Translations under genes and position numbers: made by a program
DNA from: Lytechinus pictus
Lineage: Eukaryota
NCBI RefSeq assembly: GCF_037042905.1
Contig: NC_087257.1
Span: 11,036,001 to 11,100,000, forward strand
Direction of reading: 5' to 3'
Length of the DNA: 64,000 bases
In this document: positions 45,631 to 60,903 of the stretch, piece after piece
How the letters are laid out: each line of letters begins with the position of its first letter
Position numbering within the stretch: position 1 is the stretch's first letter
The notes under the pieces: model-generated
What the model saw: only the letters and a program-made list of their open reading frames with translations
The model's database searches: none
What the model was told of the DNA's origin: nothing

Positions 45631-48600
45631 TATTCAACATTTCCCTATCACACAAACACACACACACGTACATCACTTCTTTACGCATTCCCGCGCCAAT
45701 GTTTCAACTGTATCCCGCCTCGTTGTTCGCGTGCTTCAGCACAAACTGTTCCAACCCTCCTAATCCGTCTTCTTATCCAATATTATTTTCTCCACTGTTC
45801 ATATTTCTCTTTTCATTTTCCTCCCACTCATATATATTGATCTACATTTACACTCCATTACTCCGTACTCTGTCCATCCCAGGGCCCGGGAAACCTTTCT
45901 TACGCCGTGCATATTTAGACAAGGCGTAAGGAATGGGCGGAAATTGCCGTTGCTTTCGATATTGCAACGGTCGGCGAATTCCCGTTTGATCAATTTACGG
46001 TTCTCGTCCCTTTTTCAATATTGCAAGAAGGTCATATATTTTGGGTGTCTGTCGTATGTCTGTGTAATGATGCGAATGATGTTGGAGAAATCGATGTTTC
46101 TGCCATAGCCCATCATAGTCCAGGGATATATCTCCATCCGATATCAACCCGACTGCAAATCGTTAATACAGCTGCCTTAAAGCCTCACCATCTGCATCAA
46201 GCATCTAGCTGTTGTAACTGACACAAGAAAAGACACGGAGATGAATGTTTCTGTGGTGACTATCTGACATGCATGCAATTTAAAACAAGACTGTCCAAAC
46301 CGTTAACTCGGGTTCGTGAACCGGGCCCAGGAACTAGCCGGAACTCCTGGATGTCCAGCTTTCTGGTTAGGGATAATCCTTTCCTTCAAATACTTAGCAT
46401 GTTATGTAGACCATCTTGAGGAAGCCGGACACATACCCTGTTCTTTTTGTACAAAGCTTGTCTGCGTTTGCCAATTTTAAAGCAAACTTGGACTGAAAGA
46501 GGGATGAATTTCATAGCCATCTGTTAATGCAAATATAGAGCACCACATCAGGTCCTCAACTAGTCAAGTCTGGCTCGGTTCCTTACCCATAGTGCAACAT
46601 TCGGAGAATTGTAGTCTTGTAATATAGACCCACTTATATAATACTTGAACATGCCAATTCACCACTCGACCTAAACTGCAGTAATGATATTAACAAGTAG
46701 CAAAACAGTACAGTGTATTTCTTAAAAATGTTAACCCCCCCCCCCCCCGTTTTTTTAATACATATTAAATCATTATAGGTTAATTTTTTTTCTCTGTGTT
46801 AGTAATATAAATCTCGAAAGGCATGTATAATACTAGCTATTTATAACACTAGGTCAACGATAAACCACATATAGTATTGATTGGATCGCTCCTCCTTCAA
46901 GAAATATAGACAGCCCGTCTGTATCACATAGCTCTACAGAGAAATCCACTGACCACTGTTACCGGCAGAGGGGGGATCCCTTCTGTTCAGAGAGCCCCCT
47001 CGTTTAAGGCCTTAAAAGGGAACACATTACCTTTAAGATAAAAAGAAAGTCTCCTGGGAAAGTCTGTTGAGATATTTGAGTAAGCCTGAGTACACCTCAC
47101 CTCAAGGAAGACATGCTTGATTACGTCCATTCCGCAAGAAAAACCTCCACTGATTGTCAATTTACACTGAACTTATGGGCTAAGGATTGGGGGGAAAGAA
47201 CAGGCCATCTCTTCCTTCGACCTCACGAGTTTGATTATGGTATTTATTGAGTGGGATAATGATTTGAATATGAAATTGTTTCAATTCTGTTTTGTCAATT
47301 TCAACAATAAACCCACCCCGCCAAAAGAAAAACGTAAAGGATTTCTTCAATCGAAAAAAAAAAAATTTTCAGATACTTTCACAAGGAAAATACTTTCACA
47401 AGGAAAATCAAAATATAATCATTGAGAAAAAATATTGACGAGCTAAAATTGGAGAGAGCAAGACTCGAATTACGAGTGCAGTGCATTACAAGAAACTGTA
47501 CTCTTTCAGTGCCATTTTATCATAGCTTGGGGAAACTCATCTATTATGTATTCGCAAATCTTTACATTTGAGTTTCATGCTGCTAACAGGGAGGAGTATG
47601 GAAAGCTAAAAATTGTACTATCATTTTTTAGCTGCATTAACTGACATTGTAAAACGTGGATGCTTCTTGAGATTCCAAAATAGAAAAGTGTGATTTTGCC
47701 ACTAGTAGTGTAATGTGCCAACAAATTTGAGGAGACAGAGCGTGGCGTATGTGACAAAATTCCCTAGCAAGGGAAGCGAGCGAGTCAATATTTTGATCTT
47801 TTCAACACGAAAATTTGACGGATTTTGACATAATGTTCAGAAAATAACATTACATCTTACCTCTTTTAAAACACTCCTCAAATCTTACCTCATTAAGCAG
47901 TCCTCTTAGTTCCATATCCTGTTCTCACTTTTTTTTTCTTCTTTCCAATACGCTTAGAAACTGTTGTATTAAGCGCTATATAAATGTTAATTATTATTAT
48001 TATTTTTTTTTTCTTTCATATATTTATTCTTTCTATATATTCTTTCCTTTTCTTTCTTTTCTTTTTTCCCTGGTCGTGGAACAACCCCCCACCCTCCCCT
48101 CCACACACACACACTCCTTTGCCTCAGTGTTTGCCACAAATACAAAGCAAATAGTACACCGACTTAAGCTCGCGCCGCACTCTGGTGCATTCATTAAAAT
48201 CAGTGTGGAATTTTTTGCTCATCTTTTCGAATTTTTCATCCAGTTGATCGATTATTGATAACTTTATGAGTAGTTTTGTGAAACATCCCGCCTGGATTTT
48301 TTTTTCGAGACGATGTTGCAACGAAAGGCCATAATTCTCTTGGCACCAGAGCATTACCAATTTTAATTGGAACCCAAATAAGTATAAAAAGAAGCTAATC
48401 GTTTTAACCTTCTCTATCATTAAAAATAAATTTAATTTTTCTGGTCATAAAACATTATTATGTATATTACGTTGCTTCTAAATCCAGTAAAAATCCATTT
48501 TTTTTCGAAGAAACCCGAAGTAAGCATGCTTTGATGAATATTAATTTTGAAGTTTGCTTATTGAGTCGTATCTTTTTAAAATTGACTTGATAAATGCAAA

Positions 48601-50497
48601 TGTCTGTCCTTTATTATGATTAATATCAAGTTGCTCTTCGTATATTGGAACAAACTTAAGAAAAAAATTTCGTTAGAGTTTAATCAAATTTCTCATTAAT
48701 GTTTAGATTAAAGATTGAAAGGTTTCATTACTCTTTAAACTAAATTTTTTACAACTCTACATAGTAAATTTATGAAATCTTAGAAGATATATTTGTTTCT
48801 GAAAATTTTAATCCATACAAGTACCCCTACTAGATTGTTTCACATTGTAACGTGTTTTAATTCCGTCATTGGAAACCAATCTAGAACTTAGAAAATGAGT
48901 TTTCACAATATAGGAGTCAAGACAATCTGCAGTCAAATATCTTGCTCGGTCGCGGATTTGAATATTGCTTTTTTACTGATGACAAATTTAGGATTTTATA
49001 ACTCAGTATTTTTAGGTGCATTGTTCTGCATTGTCTTCTCCTTTTCCTCCGCTGCATTTTCTGTTTCCCACTTTAATATTCATTATGAGCCCTTTCTCTT
49101 ACACATCAAGCCTTGTCCACAACTTCTTTCAAAGGGACGTATACATGTATATAGAAATAATATTTTTTGTTGAATTAAGAGAATACTTTTATGACGGTCC
49201 CATGGAAGATGAGAAAAATAGTACTTCATACAGGAAGTGAGTTTAGTTATGTTTTTTAAGATATTACGGACACAATTATTTTTCAATTAAATATATGATT
49301 CATGTATGCATTAAAAAAATCATCTCAATATATCTTATCTCCATGATTAATCGTATACAGTTCCCTATCATGCCAATTTCAATAATATTACAAATTATTT
49401 TTTTCAAACAGGTTTACTATAGGCCCCATATCCCCTGAATGGATATTGTGTATTTTATTAATGCAGTTTTAAATTTCCATAGATATGAAGATTGCAAATC
49501 TAAAGGGGAAATATCTACTTTCCTTTCAAAGCGGTTGAAATCTCACTTTAAATGGATCAATGACAATTTCACGGCATACAGATAACTAGCTTTTGAATTC
49601 CCATTATTAGGATCATCTACTTCACGAGTCTTTATCCTCTTGAATCAATTTTTCAATACAGATCATCTGAGGCTTTAAAAGAAAGTACTACATGTAAGCA
49701 ATCAAGAGATAATGGCCTGTAAGCCACATCATTTAGAAGCAGTAAATTGTTCCAGAGAGTGGGTGCCTTCAAGAAAGTTTGCATGTCCCCAAAACATATG
49801 ACTATAAGATGCGTTAATTATTGATTTGTAACTTTGTAGGTGTCACGCGCGTAAAACATTCCCCATAGACTTGTGTGTTAAAATGGCACTTTTGAAAAAT
49901 TCATAAAAAATAAATGTGAAATTAGAGGGTGGAATGTTTACTACCAATGGATAGGATATATATCTGACATTCCAAATCTGACCAGGAAAGGGTACCGTAG
50001 CCAGCTCATTTTAAAAATAAATCGCCATTTATGAAGATAACTATGAATCGATCGAATTCATCAACTGAAACAGTAAAATAGCCCTAATTATTCCGCCAGT
50101 CAAAAAATAGTTCCAAGTCACTTATTTATCTTCCCAATTTGGGCGAAGTAAGTTCAGTAGTTACCATTTCTAGAATCAGTGTTAGATTTTGAATCACATT
50201 CATACATTTTTGTCAATCAGCAATATCAAATTGACAAAAATTCGAATGGGTTGGGTCGAACGAATATCTTTAGCCCTCCTGATGTAATTAGGCTCGTGGG
50301 ACCTGTAGTGTGAATCCCGTATTATCTCATTCACCATCTAATATTATTGTTTAATTTCTTTGACAGTCTAGGCTCTTCTTGTGTATTTTAGCGCTAAGAG
50401 ACTTCATTGTAATTAGCGCTCTATTAGACATGAGTACTATTATTTTTTATCAAATTAATCATTAATTTGAATATCAATTTTTGCCATAACAAAAGTA

Positions 50498-50704
50498 NNN
50501 NNNNNNNNNNNNNNNNNNNNNNNNNNNNNNNNNNNNNNNNNNNNNNNNNNNNNNNNNNNNNNNNNNNNNNNNNNNNNNNNNNNNNNNNNNNNNNNNNNNN
50601 NNNNNNNNNNNNNNNNNNNNNNNNNNNNNNNNNNNNNNNNNNNNNNNNNNNNNNNNNNNNNNNNNNNNNNNNNNNNNNNNNNNNNNNNNNNNNNNNNNNN
50701 NNNN
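50498..50704. other. Assembly gap
   Basis: Run of N. Confidence 1.
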
Positions 50705-52149
50705 TTATATTTCAGTGGTAGAAGTAGTCGCCGTCTTCGTTAGTATTTCATAGTTGTTATTATTGTTGTATTACTATTATCACTATTATCCTCACCGCCA
50801 CCACCTACATCACCACCATTATCATGTCCATGATTACTACTCTCGATTTCATTATTCTAATTTTTTTCCAAAATGATGCCATCAGCCTGCTGGGACTGAT
50901 ATAACACTAAAAGCGGATTTGGTCATGTTAGAAATCCAATAGATATAGACATACAATATTGGTATCTGTTCTGGATATCGCACTTATCCTTGTCGTTCAT
51001 TTTTCGCTCTTGATGTTTGCACGACTTTGACCTTACCAGCTGAAGGTAGTCCCAAAGGCCACATCGTACTTCTACATTTATTCAAACACTAAAGATGCAT
51101 CGTATGAGGGTTCTTTAATTGTCTAGAGGCGCCTTTAAATGGTATAGCTCCTTGCCCTTCGCCGATGTTCTCCCATTCATGGACTTGGGTTCAGAATTAT
51201 TCATAAGCTGTATGCCCGTTGTAAATCATCTCGACAGTCAATTATTAATGGGAAATATATGTTAACGAGGTGTTGATCAACAACATGCATCAATCTCACC
51301 CCCCCCCCCTCCTTGCTGGGGTGGAAACAGCATGGTACAATGTGTTCACAGTCACGACAGTGCTTGGATGCGATTCGCAGTGTTCAAATGCTAACACTGA
51401 ACAATGTGAAAGTTGATTTCATATTGTGTTCAACAAGAGTGTCTGCACACCTTAGGACACTCTGTAAGACGTCGGTTCTTCCAAAAAGGACACCTTCCTC
51501 CATTTTCTCAAACTCTTTCCCATATTTACTATTTAGCGATCTGTGCGGAACAAAATAATTTTCTGACAAGGGCGTACATGTACATTATTTGTTTTAATGT
51601 TCAGATTTTCGGATATAAACAATGATGAATAGTGGGAGGAGAAGGAGGAGATGTGAAATAAAAAGAACATGATTTAAATGATCACGATAAAAAAAACACA
51701 ACGAGAAAATTTAGAGACAGAAACGGAGAGTAAAAGCGCCGATGTCGAATAAAAATATATTTTATTTAGAGAATAATCTGCCCTTCATATTGATGAATAA
51801 CATGATCAGGCCTATATGAAATATATGTCACTTCGAGGACGCCAATAAGCTGCTTAAAATCATCTTTGAATTGAACTCCATTTCATTTTTTATTCCATTA
51901 TTATTCTTACATCACATTCTGGTGACACCCACCTGCTTTTTCATGTATCACTAAACATACTTTATTTTTAGGTATGATTGGCATATCTCTACATGTTTGA
52001 TAAGCCTTTCCTGTTATTTGAAATTTGCATTTATATGAAAAGATTTATAACATCCATAAGGAGTCGTTGACTCCTTATCGTTGCTTGATAGTAATGTAAC
52101 TACTGTATAATCACCACCAGTGTGATCATGATGGAGTGTAATTGTTTAC

Positions 52150-52700
52150 GGAAGAGCAGCGGTGTAGTCATTCTGATTCTCGCCTTATCTGTTATAATCA
52201 CAGAAGGTAGTATGTTCGAATCTAACCGCGGACTGGCGTCCTTTGGCAGGCTTCAATCCACACGCTGTAAAACATATTGGGTGAAATTTTAACCAGCACG
52301 AGGGTAATTATGTGTCCAACCAATTTGGGACAGTATTTTACCCAATGCGGGAAGCATATTGTCCAGTAAGGTTGAGAAATAGGCAGCAATTACTTTAGAA
52401 TGGGCAAAATTGTCATCACACTGGAAAAAAAAAATGCCCTAAATTGGTTGGACACGTAATTACCCTCATGGAACATTTTTCACCCAATATTTTTTAAAGT
52501 GCACTTTGTCACTGCATCCAGGTCCTAAATGAGTACCTTGTAGGATATGAAAGTCATTGTAGCCTGTACAGTATTGTGTGCGCCTCAATGGCGACTGGTT
52601 GAAATACTCCCCAGGGAGAGGAGGATGTGAATACATTGTAAGCGGGAACAACTGGTTGAATCCGATGACAGGGGTAATAACAGTTTTTTAAGCGCTTAGA
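52150..52700 (+). mobile_element. SINE interrupted by a CAC...GTG-ended MITE (~52261-52501)
   Basis: Removing the insert rejoins aatcca-cactttgtcact as in the intact SINE at ~56826. A second copy of the insert lies at ~40965-41195. Confidence 0.7.
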
Positions 52701-54514
52701 TATTAATGTACAAAACTTATACATATGCTGAATTCAAAATACTCTCTCTTTATAAACAACGCGATCTATCAGAAAAGGTTTCATCATTTTGAAAATAAAA
52801 TAAAAGAAGAGGGTAAGCACTGTGTAATTCATAAAAATCACGATAAGCCATTACTCTATCATGTCTCAAAAGGTAGAAAGATCCAGTAGTCGTATTTAGT
52901 AAAAACAAACAAGATGAGTGATTAGAAAGGGATACCTTTTCAATATTAACCAGAATAGATAAACATCGATATTAGGTTCAATTTGTGCGATAAGAACAAT
53001 GGGTCTCTCTCTACTCACATTGACAATGCCCTTCGATCTCTTACAAAGGACAAAATAATCCAACACTCTCCGTAAAAAGCTGGTTAGGATAAAGAGAAAT
53101 AAAATAGGTCAAATATGAATTAACCATAAGATATAGGATAATGTGATGGGCAATATGCAAAGGGGGATCAAAGGATTGGCTCAGGAATACGCCCCCCTCC
53201 CCATCGGCAAGTGCCCGTTTTCATCCTATACGTGATATACGACAAGAAATTTAAATCTCCACGAAGACATCTCTGTCATTTTTGGCGTTTGGTTGATGTA
53301 ACGCAAATACGACATTCAGCAAATTCTCAATTTCAAAAATTCACATGAATCTTTGGTAGATATTGAAATAATGGTGTGTGTTGTTTTTTCGAAGTTTTCA
53401 GGTATTGTTTATTTCACATTGTACAATACACGGCCTGGTTGGTTTTGGTTTGAGGGAGAGTGAAAATACTCTCATTTATTTCTTTCAATAATAATTATAT
53501 ACATGTAAAAACATACACATATCATACAATATTTTGAACATAAATTTACAAATATAATCATGAGTCATTAAGGTGAGATTAAACAAAAAATAATGAAAGA
53601 AAACGGTTTCCCAAAAAGCCTCAAAGGCTTGGAAGAAGGGAAACCAATAATAAAACATAAGAATGATTATAGGAAACGATTCACAAAAATAGAATAGAGT
53701 ACCGGAATGCGTCGCCACAACAGTAACATTAAAATCAATTATCATACACAGAGCCGGATACATGTATAAAAACGTTTGATTGCGATGATCGGCGGGCACG
53801 TAGTCAGTACTTTCTTTTAAACCAAAACACTGACGACATGCCAGCCGGTCACTAAGGGAACCATTAAGAAAAAACGAACAATAAAATGAGGCTGCGTTTG
53901 ATAACTTGAATTCATGCAAGCAACCGGTCTGAGATTATCTCATGACCGTAAGATATCGTTATGTTTAAAGGATTAATGTACAGTAGAAGGGGTTACATTC
54001 TTAGAGCAAGGCATTAAATTTACAGACAAAAAAAATGAATGCAGTCAAACGGAAATTGGAATAGAATTAAAATAGTACTTTGATGAATACACAATAAGAA
54101 AATAAAAACTAGACCGGCTCGGACTATTTTACCCGAGTGCTTTAAAACAGGACCAATCGGTTCCAGAAGCTCGACCATTACGAATCTATTACTAATATTT
54201 CATTTTTTTGTGGGGTATAATCATCATGATATATGTATGTTTTAAAAGGCTCAGGCGCGAGCATAGCTTTTTCACATCACCAAGCTAATACATATTGCTA
54301 CCGAGTTTCCCTTGCACTTCAATTCATTTTCAATTTTCTGAAATTGACTTTCCTCTTTGCTCTTAAACCGCGTCGACCGTTTATGAATTTTGCAAAGTAA
54401 TCATAAAGGTGTAGTGCACGTTGAAGACGCTTATAGTGTGGATTGCAGCTTTCGAAGTGTACGGACGCAAAATGATATTTACCATTTATAAGTCGAAGAA
54501 TATGAACTGATTAA

Positions 54515-54925
54515 CGATAATGATGATATTTACGGCGATGAGGATGATGATGATGATGATGATGACGACGATGATGATGATGATGATGATATTCATGTTG
54601 GCAGCAGTGAATGATGATGATGAGGAAGTGGACGATGATATTCATGTTGGTAGTAGTGAATGATGATGATGATGATGAGGAGGAGGATGATGATGATGAT
54701 GATGATAATGATGATGATGGCGATGATGAAGATTGATGATGATAATCATGATGATAATGATGTTGGTGATATGATGATGATGATTATGATGATGTTTTGG
54801 TAGTGATGGCATGGATGCTGATATTGATGGTGATGATGACGGCGATGAAGATCATGATGGCGTTGATGATGTTGAGGAGGATGATGGTGTTGATGATGTT
54901 GATAATGATGATTATGATGATGGTA
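54515..54925. repeat. (GAT)n microsatellite region
   Basis: Seen directly; includes a duplicated gatattcatgttgg.ag.agtgaatgatga interruption. Confidence 0.9.
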
Positions 54926-56734
54926 ACAATTGCAATAAATATAATAATAGTAATACTTACGAGACTAAAAGTCCGGAAGAAAGTTTGAACATGATTTTTT
55001 TTTCTCCTCCTCTCTTTCTTTATATTTTTATAGTCCTTTTTAAACAATAAATTGCTAATTATCTTTGTATTAATGTGCTCTCCAGGTTATTTCTGCGTAA
55101 TCGCCGAATTTCCTTCCTTTCGACTTGTCCTTTTTGTCTGACTCTCTCTCTCTCTCTCCCTCTTTCTCTCTCTAGTATACATTTTATCATAATGTTGTAT
55201 CATATTCGTTTAAACAGGTGATTTATATAATACATGGATGTATAAAAACAAATAGAATACTGGTCAATTATGTGAGATGAGCATGAGATTTCGTAAATTA
55301 TGTGTATATGGGATTCAGAAACCTATTGTCCTTCTGTAGGAATGTACAATACTTCCCTGGAACATTTCGAAATCTTAAAAATATAAATATATCGGCCATC
55401 GCGTTAATCGACTTTCTTGCAAATACCTACTGACATTCACTCTTATTCATTGTTCGTTGTGTTATTTTATGGTACAATATATATTGCAGTAAAGATCAGT
55501 TGTGTATGACGCGACTCTGTCACATAGAAAAACCCACGAAATTACGATGTGCTTATTTTAAGCTTTGGCTTGACATTTGAAATATCCATGAAAGAATTAT
55601 TATAATTTTCAACATGTTTTCATCCTCCATACCGCGAGCAGAGCTCAAAAGGGATATAATAGCACCTGTTGGATTTACTAATTAGACACAGGAAATTAAA
55701 ATCATTCAGCAAAGCAGAAGGAAACAGATTATTAAAACGTGTTTAAGCCTCGTTCCATGTTTTAATACGTCACAATCATACACAGTTTTCTTTATTCGCT
55801 AACATATATATTTTTAATTTTACGGAATCAGTTGGACACATTTTGAAAACGTCGAGATTTTCCAAACCCTTTGACTACAGTTACACGACGTATGCACATC
55901 TTCCAGCTTTCTTAAGTCACCCTTTTCGCTGTCTGAGGAAGATTAGCCGAGCTGGGTGTCAGCGGGTCTCATTAGCTTCCATTGGTTACCCTAAGGGATG
56001 CTACGGTAGAGTGTAGAATTAACGATTAAAGACAGAATGTTCCACTTCTCGGGGAGACGTAACAGCCAATCTTGACCCGTTCACCCTATACTAAAAACTG
56101 ATACATTCGTTAATATTTAATAAATAGACTTATTTCTGAATTACTGAATCTCTATTATAAACTCACATAGTCAGAAGAGGGATGAGACTGATTAGTAAAC
56201 AAAACGAAAAACAAAAAAACTTGGCAACGTGTAACAAACTTCTATTTCAAAATTATTCATCGATTCTTGGATTGATTCGCTGTAATGAATATTTGACACT
56301 GATTCTCAAAGACAAAAGAGAATGATTGAAATTGTATCTTATACCATTTCTAATCAATCTGGTTCGAGTATACTAATCTGAAAGTCAATTCCATATTTCA
56401 TGCGCATGTGGATTAGAAGATAGGGAAACGGGTAACCATGGAAGCTGAATGAAGAGAATGGAGGATTACTTCCTTTGATCAATATGGATTCTCCAGATTA
56501 TAGTCTTCATATAATAAAGGATCGTATCTTCTCTTTAATTAGAGTGTCGACCTCACGTCATAATCCCATGCGATTAAAGCAAAGGTATGATTTACATGTA
56601 CAGGCAGAGTACAATCGATATAGGGCAATGCCGCCATAGGGCGATTGAATCCCGTCATAGATCTTTGTCGGAGTGTATATACAGTAGCAGAAGTCAGTGA
56701 ACTGGTTCTTACGTGTGTACGGAGTCACCAATCG

Positions 56735-57060
56735 CGAAGAAAGAGCTGACTCTCGAATTGTAATCAGAGGGTCGTGTGTTTGAATCCCACCGCGGCCCAG
56801 CGGCAGCGTCCTTTGGCAAGGCGTCAATCCACACTTTGTCACTCTCCACCCAGGTGCTATGGGTACTCGATAGGATTGATAGTCATTGTAGCTTGTCCAG
56901 TATTTTGTACACCTCAATGGCGACTGGTTGGAACACTCCACACGGAATGGAGGATGTGCATACATTGTGTGCGGGAATGACTGATTGAATCCGATGACCG
57001 GGGTAATAATAAATCCGTAAGCGCTTAGATAGTCAATGTAAGTCTTTAGCGCATTATTAT
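56735..57060 (+). mobile_element. tRNA-derived SINE
   Basis: gtttgaatccc B box, ggcaaggcgtcaatccacactttgtcactctccacccaggtg core, AT-rich tail. Confidence 0.7.
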
Positions 57061-59975
57061 AAGAAACATCACGGAGGAGAGAAGGCAGTGGCAGTTCTTA
57101 GGTCAAATTCAATTACGGACGCCGTACGATAAATGTACGATTGTGGCGCGACTAGACCGGAGATTGTAAATAGGGAGTTTTAGCTTCCACATGCACGATG
57201 GATTAAAACAAACAGTTTATGCATTGAACATTTTAATAAACAGCTGTGAGGACTTTGTCGAAAATAGTGAACCAGAACAGCAGTTTCGTCATGGGTTTCG
57301 GAGCTGACGAAAAATCGCAGATATGTCGTTCGTCCAGATTCCAGGACGAAACTGCTGTTTTGATTCACCACTTTTCGAGAAAGACTTCTTGGCTGTTCAT
57401 TGCCATGAAGGGCATTTGACGGGCATTTGACAATACCTTTTCGATGTTCTAGAATACGTCGTGGGTCGTGAAGCAAAAAATACGTAATGTCACTAATGTA
57501 TATGAATTCGTAGATTATTATGAACACTGCGCGATTCTCTGACGCTATGCCTTTTTCAATGGCCTTGTAGATGTATTTTATAAATCATACGGTAATTGTT
57601 CGACAGTCCTGCGGAGTTCGCTTCCTTTACACAGTCGTGTAAAACTAACGACGCACTGATGCCAAATAACTTGGTGAAATAAGTGTACCGGAATCGCCGG
57701 ACAACCAAATGTATAATAATTATGATAAAGACATGTGCGATAAATCAAGGACATTTACTTGAATGTCACATGGGTTATTATTTAATGGTTCATTTTGGAT
57801 TAAGTGAAGAGTGTATTTGTGGCATATCAATTATCAGAGCACGCCTGAAAAAAGACATCCAATAAGTCAAAGGTATTGTTTACATGTATCCACCCGTAGA
57901 ATAGGTGAACTTAATTTTTTTTGAAGCGCCATTTTTCATTTTATGGCGCTCTGTACGAAATAAAAGGGCATGAAGCGATTAGGACTGTCAATGCCAGGAT
58001 TTATTTTGGTTTTAGACCTTGCGAGGTTCCCATTCTAGTAAAGTCAATGAATATAACTTGAAAGGTCTTGAATTAATTCATAAAGCAAACGATATGTCTT
58101 TAAAACTTGCTCCCGAGACTCTTCAAGAAAAATTATTGTTTTTTCTTTAAGATTAAGAATCTGAAACATTTCATTTTACACAAAATTGCGTATTTTGTCA
58201 TTGTTTTCTTGTTTTCCATTTGCATAAAAAAGCAAAAGTGCATCAAAACCCAAAGTATTCTATTCTTTGTACTTTTTTATATAAGATAAGCTGGAAATAA
58301 GTCCATCTATGTAAATGCATGAAATTAGTCTGAAGTCATTTTTTTAAAGAGGCGGTGGTAAAGTAGTGCAATCAGTAAAATCTGCAAATCGATATAATCG
58401 TCTTTTACACTGCGAGATAAAATACGTCCGAAGCATTTTCACAAACCCTATTACTAACACCCATTCTCCTTAGCACACCCACACTCATGCAAATACTCCT
58501 TTGTTTAAAAACGCACACATACGCACACGCACCCGGACCAATACACCACATACAAACACTTAAAAATAAAAGCAAATGCAAACATGGCATGTAGCGTAGT
58601 TACCAAGAATGCTTGCATAGCATTTTTATTTATTTGAATGTAGGATAAAAGAGCAGACGCACATACACCACCAAACACACACACACATCAACACACACAC
58701 CCTCTTCCACCCTCACTATTTAACATCCATTCCTCCTTCCACACACACTTTCGCACGTGCAGCCAAACCTGTGCACATGCCCAATCTACTTCTCACAAAT
58801 CATATTACAAGAAGGAACCCCCCCCCCCCTGAAACGAATCCTGAACTTTGAAATTTGACCATCAATTAAGAGTTCACAATCAACCGTGCACTTTCCCCTT
58901 TCTTTATATTTTAAACCACGCTGAAGGTTGTTACCAAGCACGATGTTATAAGGTAGGTCTACTCCACTCGACAACGTCAATGCTACATAATTTACCTTTT
59001 CATCTGACAAACGGGGCATCAGTAAGTGAAGAAAGTAATTATTTTGAAAGAGCCCGAGGGAATCTGGTCATAATAACAGGCCAAACTGCCTCCATCAATG
59101 ATTGCCAATATTCTGTCTCACTGACTGCCCATTTTCACACCTCCTGATTTCAGCTTAGAAATAAAATCAGTCACGTTCTGGGGCCCGTAACACAAAGCTT
59201 AGCAATGATCGTAGAACATTTTTCTACGATTGATTGCATTGGCTACACTGTACAATCGATCATAAAAATCAAGCGTACGATAAATCACTAACCTTTGTGT
59301 TACGGGACCCTGAATCGTGTTTTTTTTTCTTCGCACTGTCCTGAGTTCTTGCGCCTCCCCGTATTTCCTTGCAGGGTTTTTTTCTCCTTGCCCTTCATCG
59401 TTTTCTATATCTATTCTTAACTATGAATTTGTTGGGGCTCTGTTTCTTATCCCTATATTCTTGGGTGACCCTTTCGTTCCTAGCTTTATTTTGCAATCGT
59501 ATCATAAATAATTCCTAGTACGCCATCATTCTGAAATTGGGTAGCATTTCTACCAAAATAATGATAATGATAGTAATTAAAAAAACGACCACGACTACGG
59601 CCAAGGAATAAAGAAAAAGAAGAAACAACGGAAAGAAATAAATGGTGAGATGTGGTGATATTTTCTGAATTATATATCAATATCTAACACAAGATTAGGT
59701 TTTTATTCTAAAAAGTTCAACAAAAAAGGTTCAATCAAAAGCTCCCCTTTCGGGACTTTTGCAGCGTACGCCATGTTGTGCCATCCCAACTTTTTTAAAG
59801 CCATTATTCCACTGTCTAAATACAGTTATCGAAATTTATATGTTCATTTCCAGAATTTTGTTTATGTGCACTGCCCCTTTTTTTATTGAAACAAAGCAAA
59901 ATGACATTTCATCCATGTGGTAGTTCGTAAACCTAAAAATCAAATTACAGAAGAAGAAACGTAGATAACCAACCC

Positions 59976-60585
59976 TTAAAGGACAAGTCCACCCAAACAA
60001 AAACTTGATTTGAATAAAAAGAGAAAAATCAGGCAAGCACAATGCTGAAAATTTCATCAAAATCGGATGTAAAATAAGAAAGTTATGACATTTCAAAGTT
60101 CCGCTTATTTTTAACAAAATACTTATATGAACGAGCCAGTTACATCCAAATGAGAGAGTCGATGACATCACTCACTCACTATTTCTTTTGCATTTTATTA
60201 TATGAAATATGAAATATTTTTATTTTCTCGTCATTGTCATGTGAAATGAAGTTTCATTCCTCCTGAACACTTAGAATTCCATTATTTTAATATTTTGTGC
60301 TTCAGGCAAGGAGGTCCTAATCGTCAAATTCGTAAAAATTGATATATTGTATAATTCAAACAATAAAAAACAAAAGAAATAGTGAGTGAGTGACGTCATC
60401 GACTCTCTCATTTGGATGTAACTGGCTCGTTCATGTAACTGTTTTGTTAAAAATAAGCGGAACTTTGAAATGCCATAACTTTCTTATTTTACATCCGATT
60501 TTGATGAAATTTTCAGCATTGTGCTTGTCTGATTTTTCTCTATTGATTCAAATCAACATTTTTTTGAGGTGGACTTGACCTTTAA
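59976..60585. mobile_element. Kolobok-like TTAA MITE, same family
   Basis: TTAA-aggacaagtccaccc ... ggtggacttgacct-TTAA. Confidence 0.85.
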
Positions 60586-60903
60586 AAAGCATTTTCTTAG
60601 ACATCCCTCTCGGAAATAGGCTAAATAGCTTTCATGGCTTAAACCTGCTCGGTTGATTTCTTTTCATTACCTATAATTTTGTGCATGATGCTTGACGAGT
60701 CGAATCAACTCTATCTCGGCCTTTGGCGACACTTCTTAATTTACTAATGCCTCTTCTGCTTCATATGAGTGATCTTGATGAGAATTATATGACGGGGAAG
60801 GCACATTGCCCTCCAAGAAACACTTTGTAGACCGATATCAAATAAAATTGTTAAATTTTCTTCCCGAATCAATCGGTATCTCTATTCTCGAGGAATGATT
60901 TTA

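Noticed and set aside
44646-45929. His/Pro/Thr-rich ORFs up to 242 aa; CRISPR-like periodicity
   Set aside because: Tandem repeat with unit lengths that do not preserve frame, no unique spacers, and a eukaryotic context.
46900-49750. Possible LINE fragments (~46900-47230 and ~49330-49740)
   Set aside because: Composition is suggestive, but I could not read any reverse-transcriptase or endonuclease motif.
54784-55050. Acidic and Met-rich ORFs
   Set aside because: (GAT)n microsatellite.
55086-55141. Candidate second exon for the 40311 gene (ctccag|GT TAT TTC TGC...)
   Set aside because: Reaches a stop after about 18 codons with no good donor; the similar candidate at ~59375 reads as non-coding.
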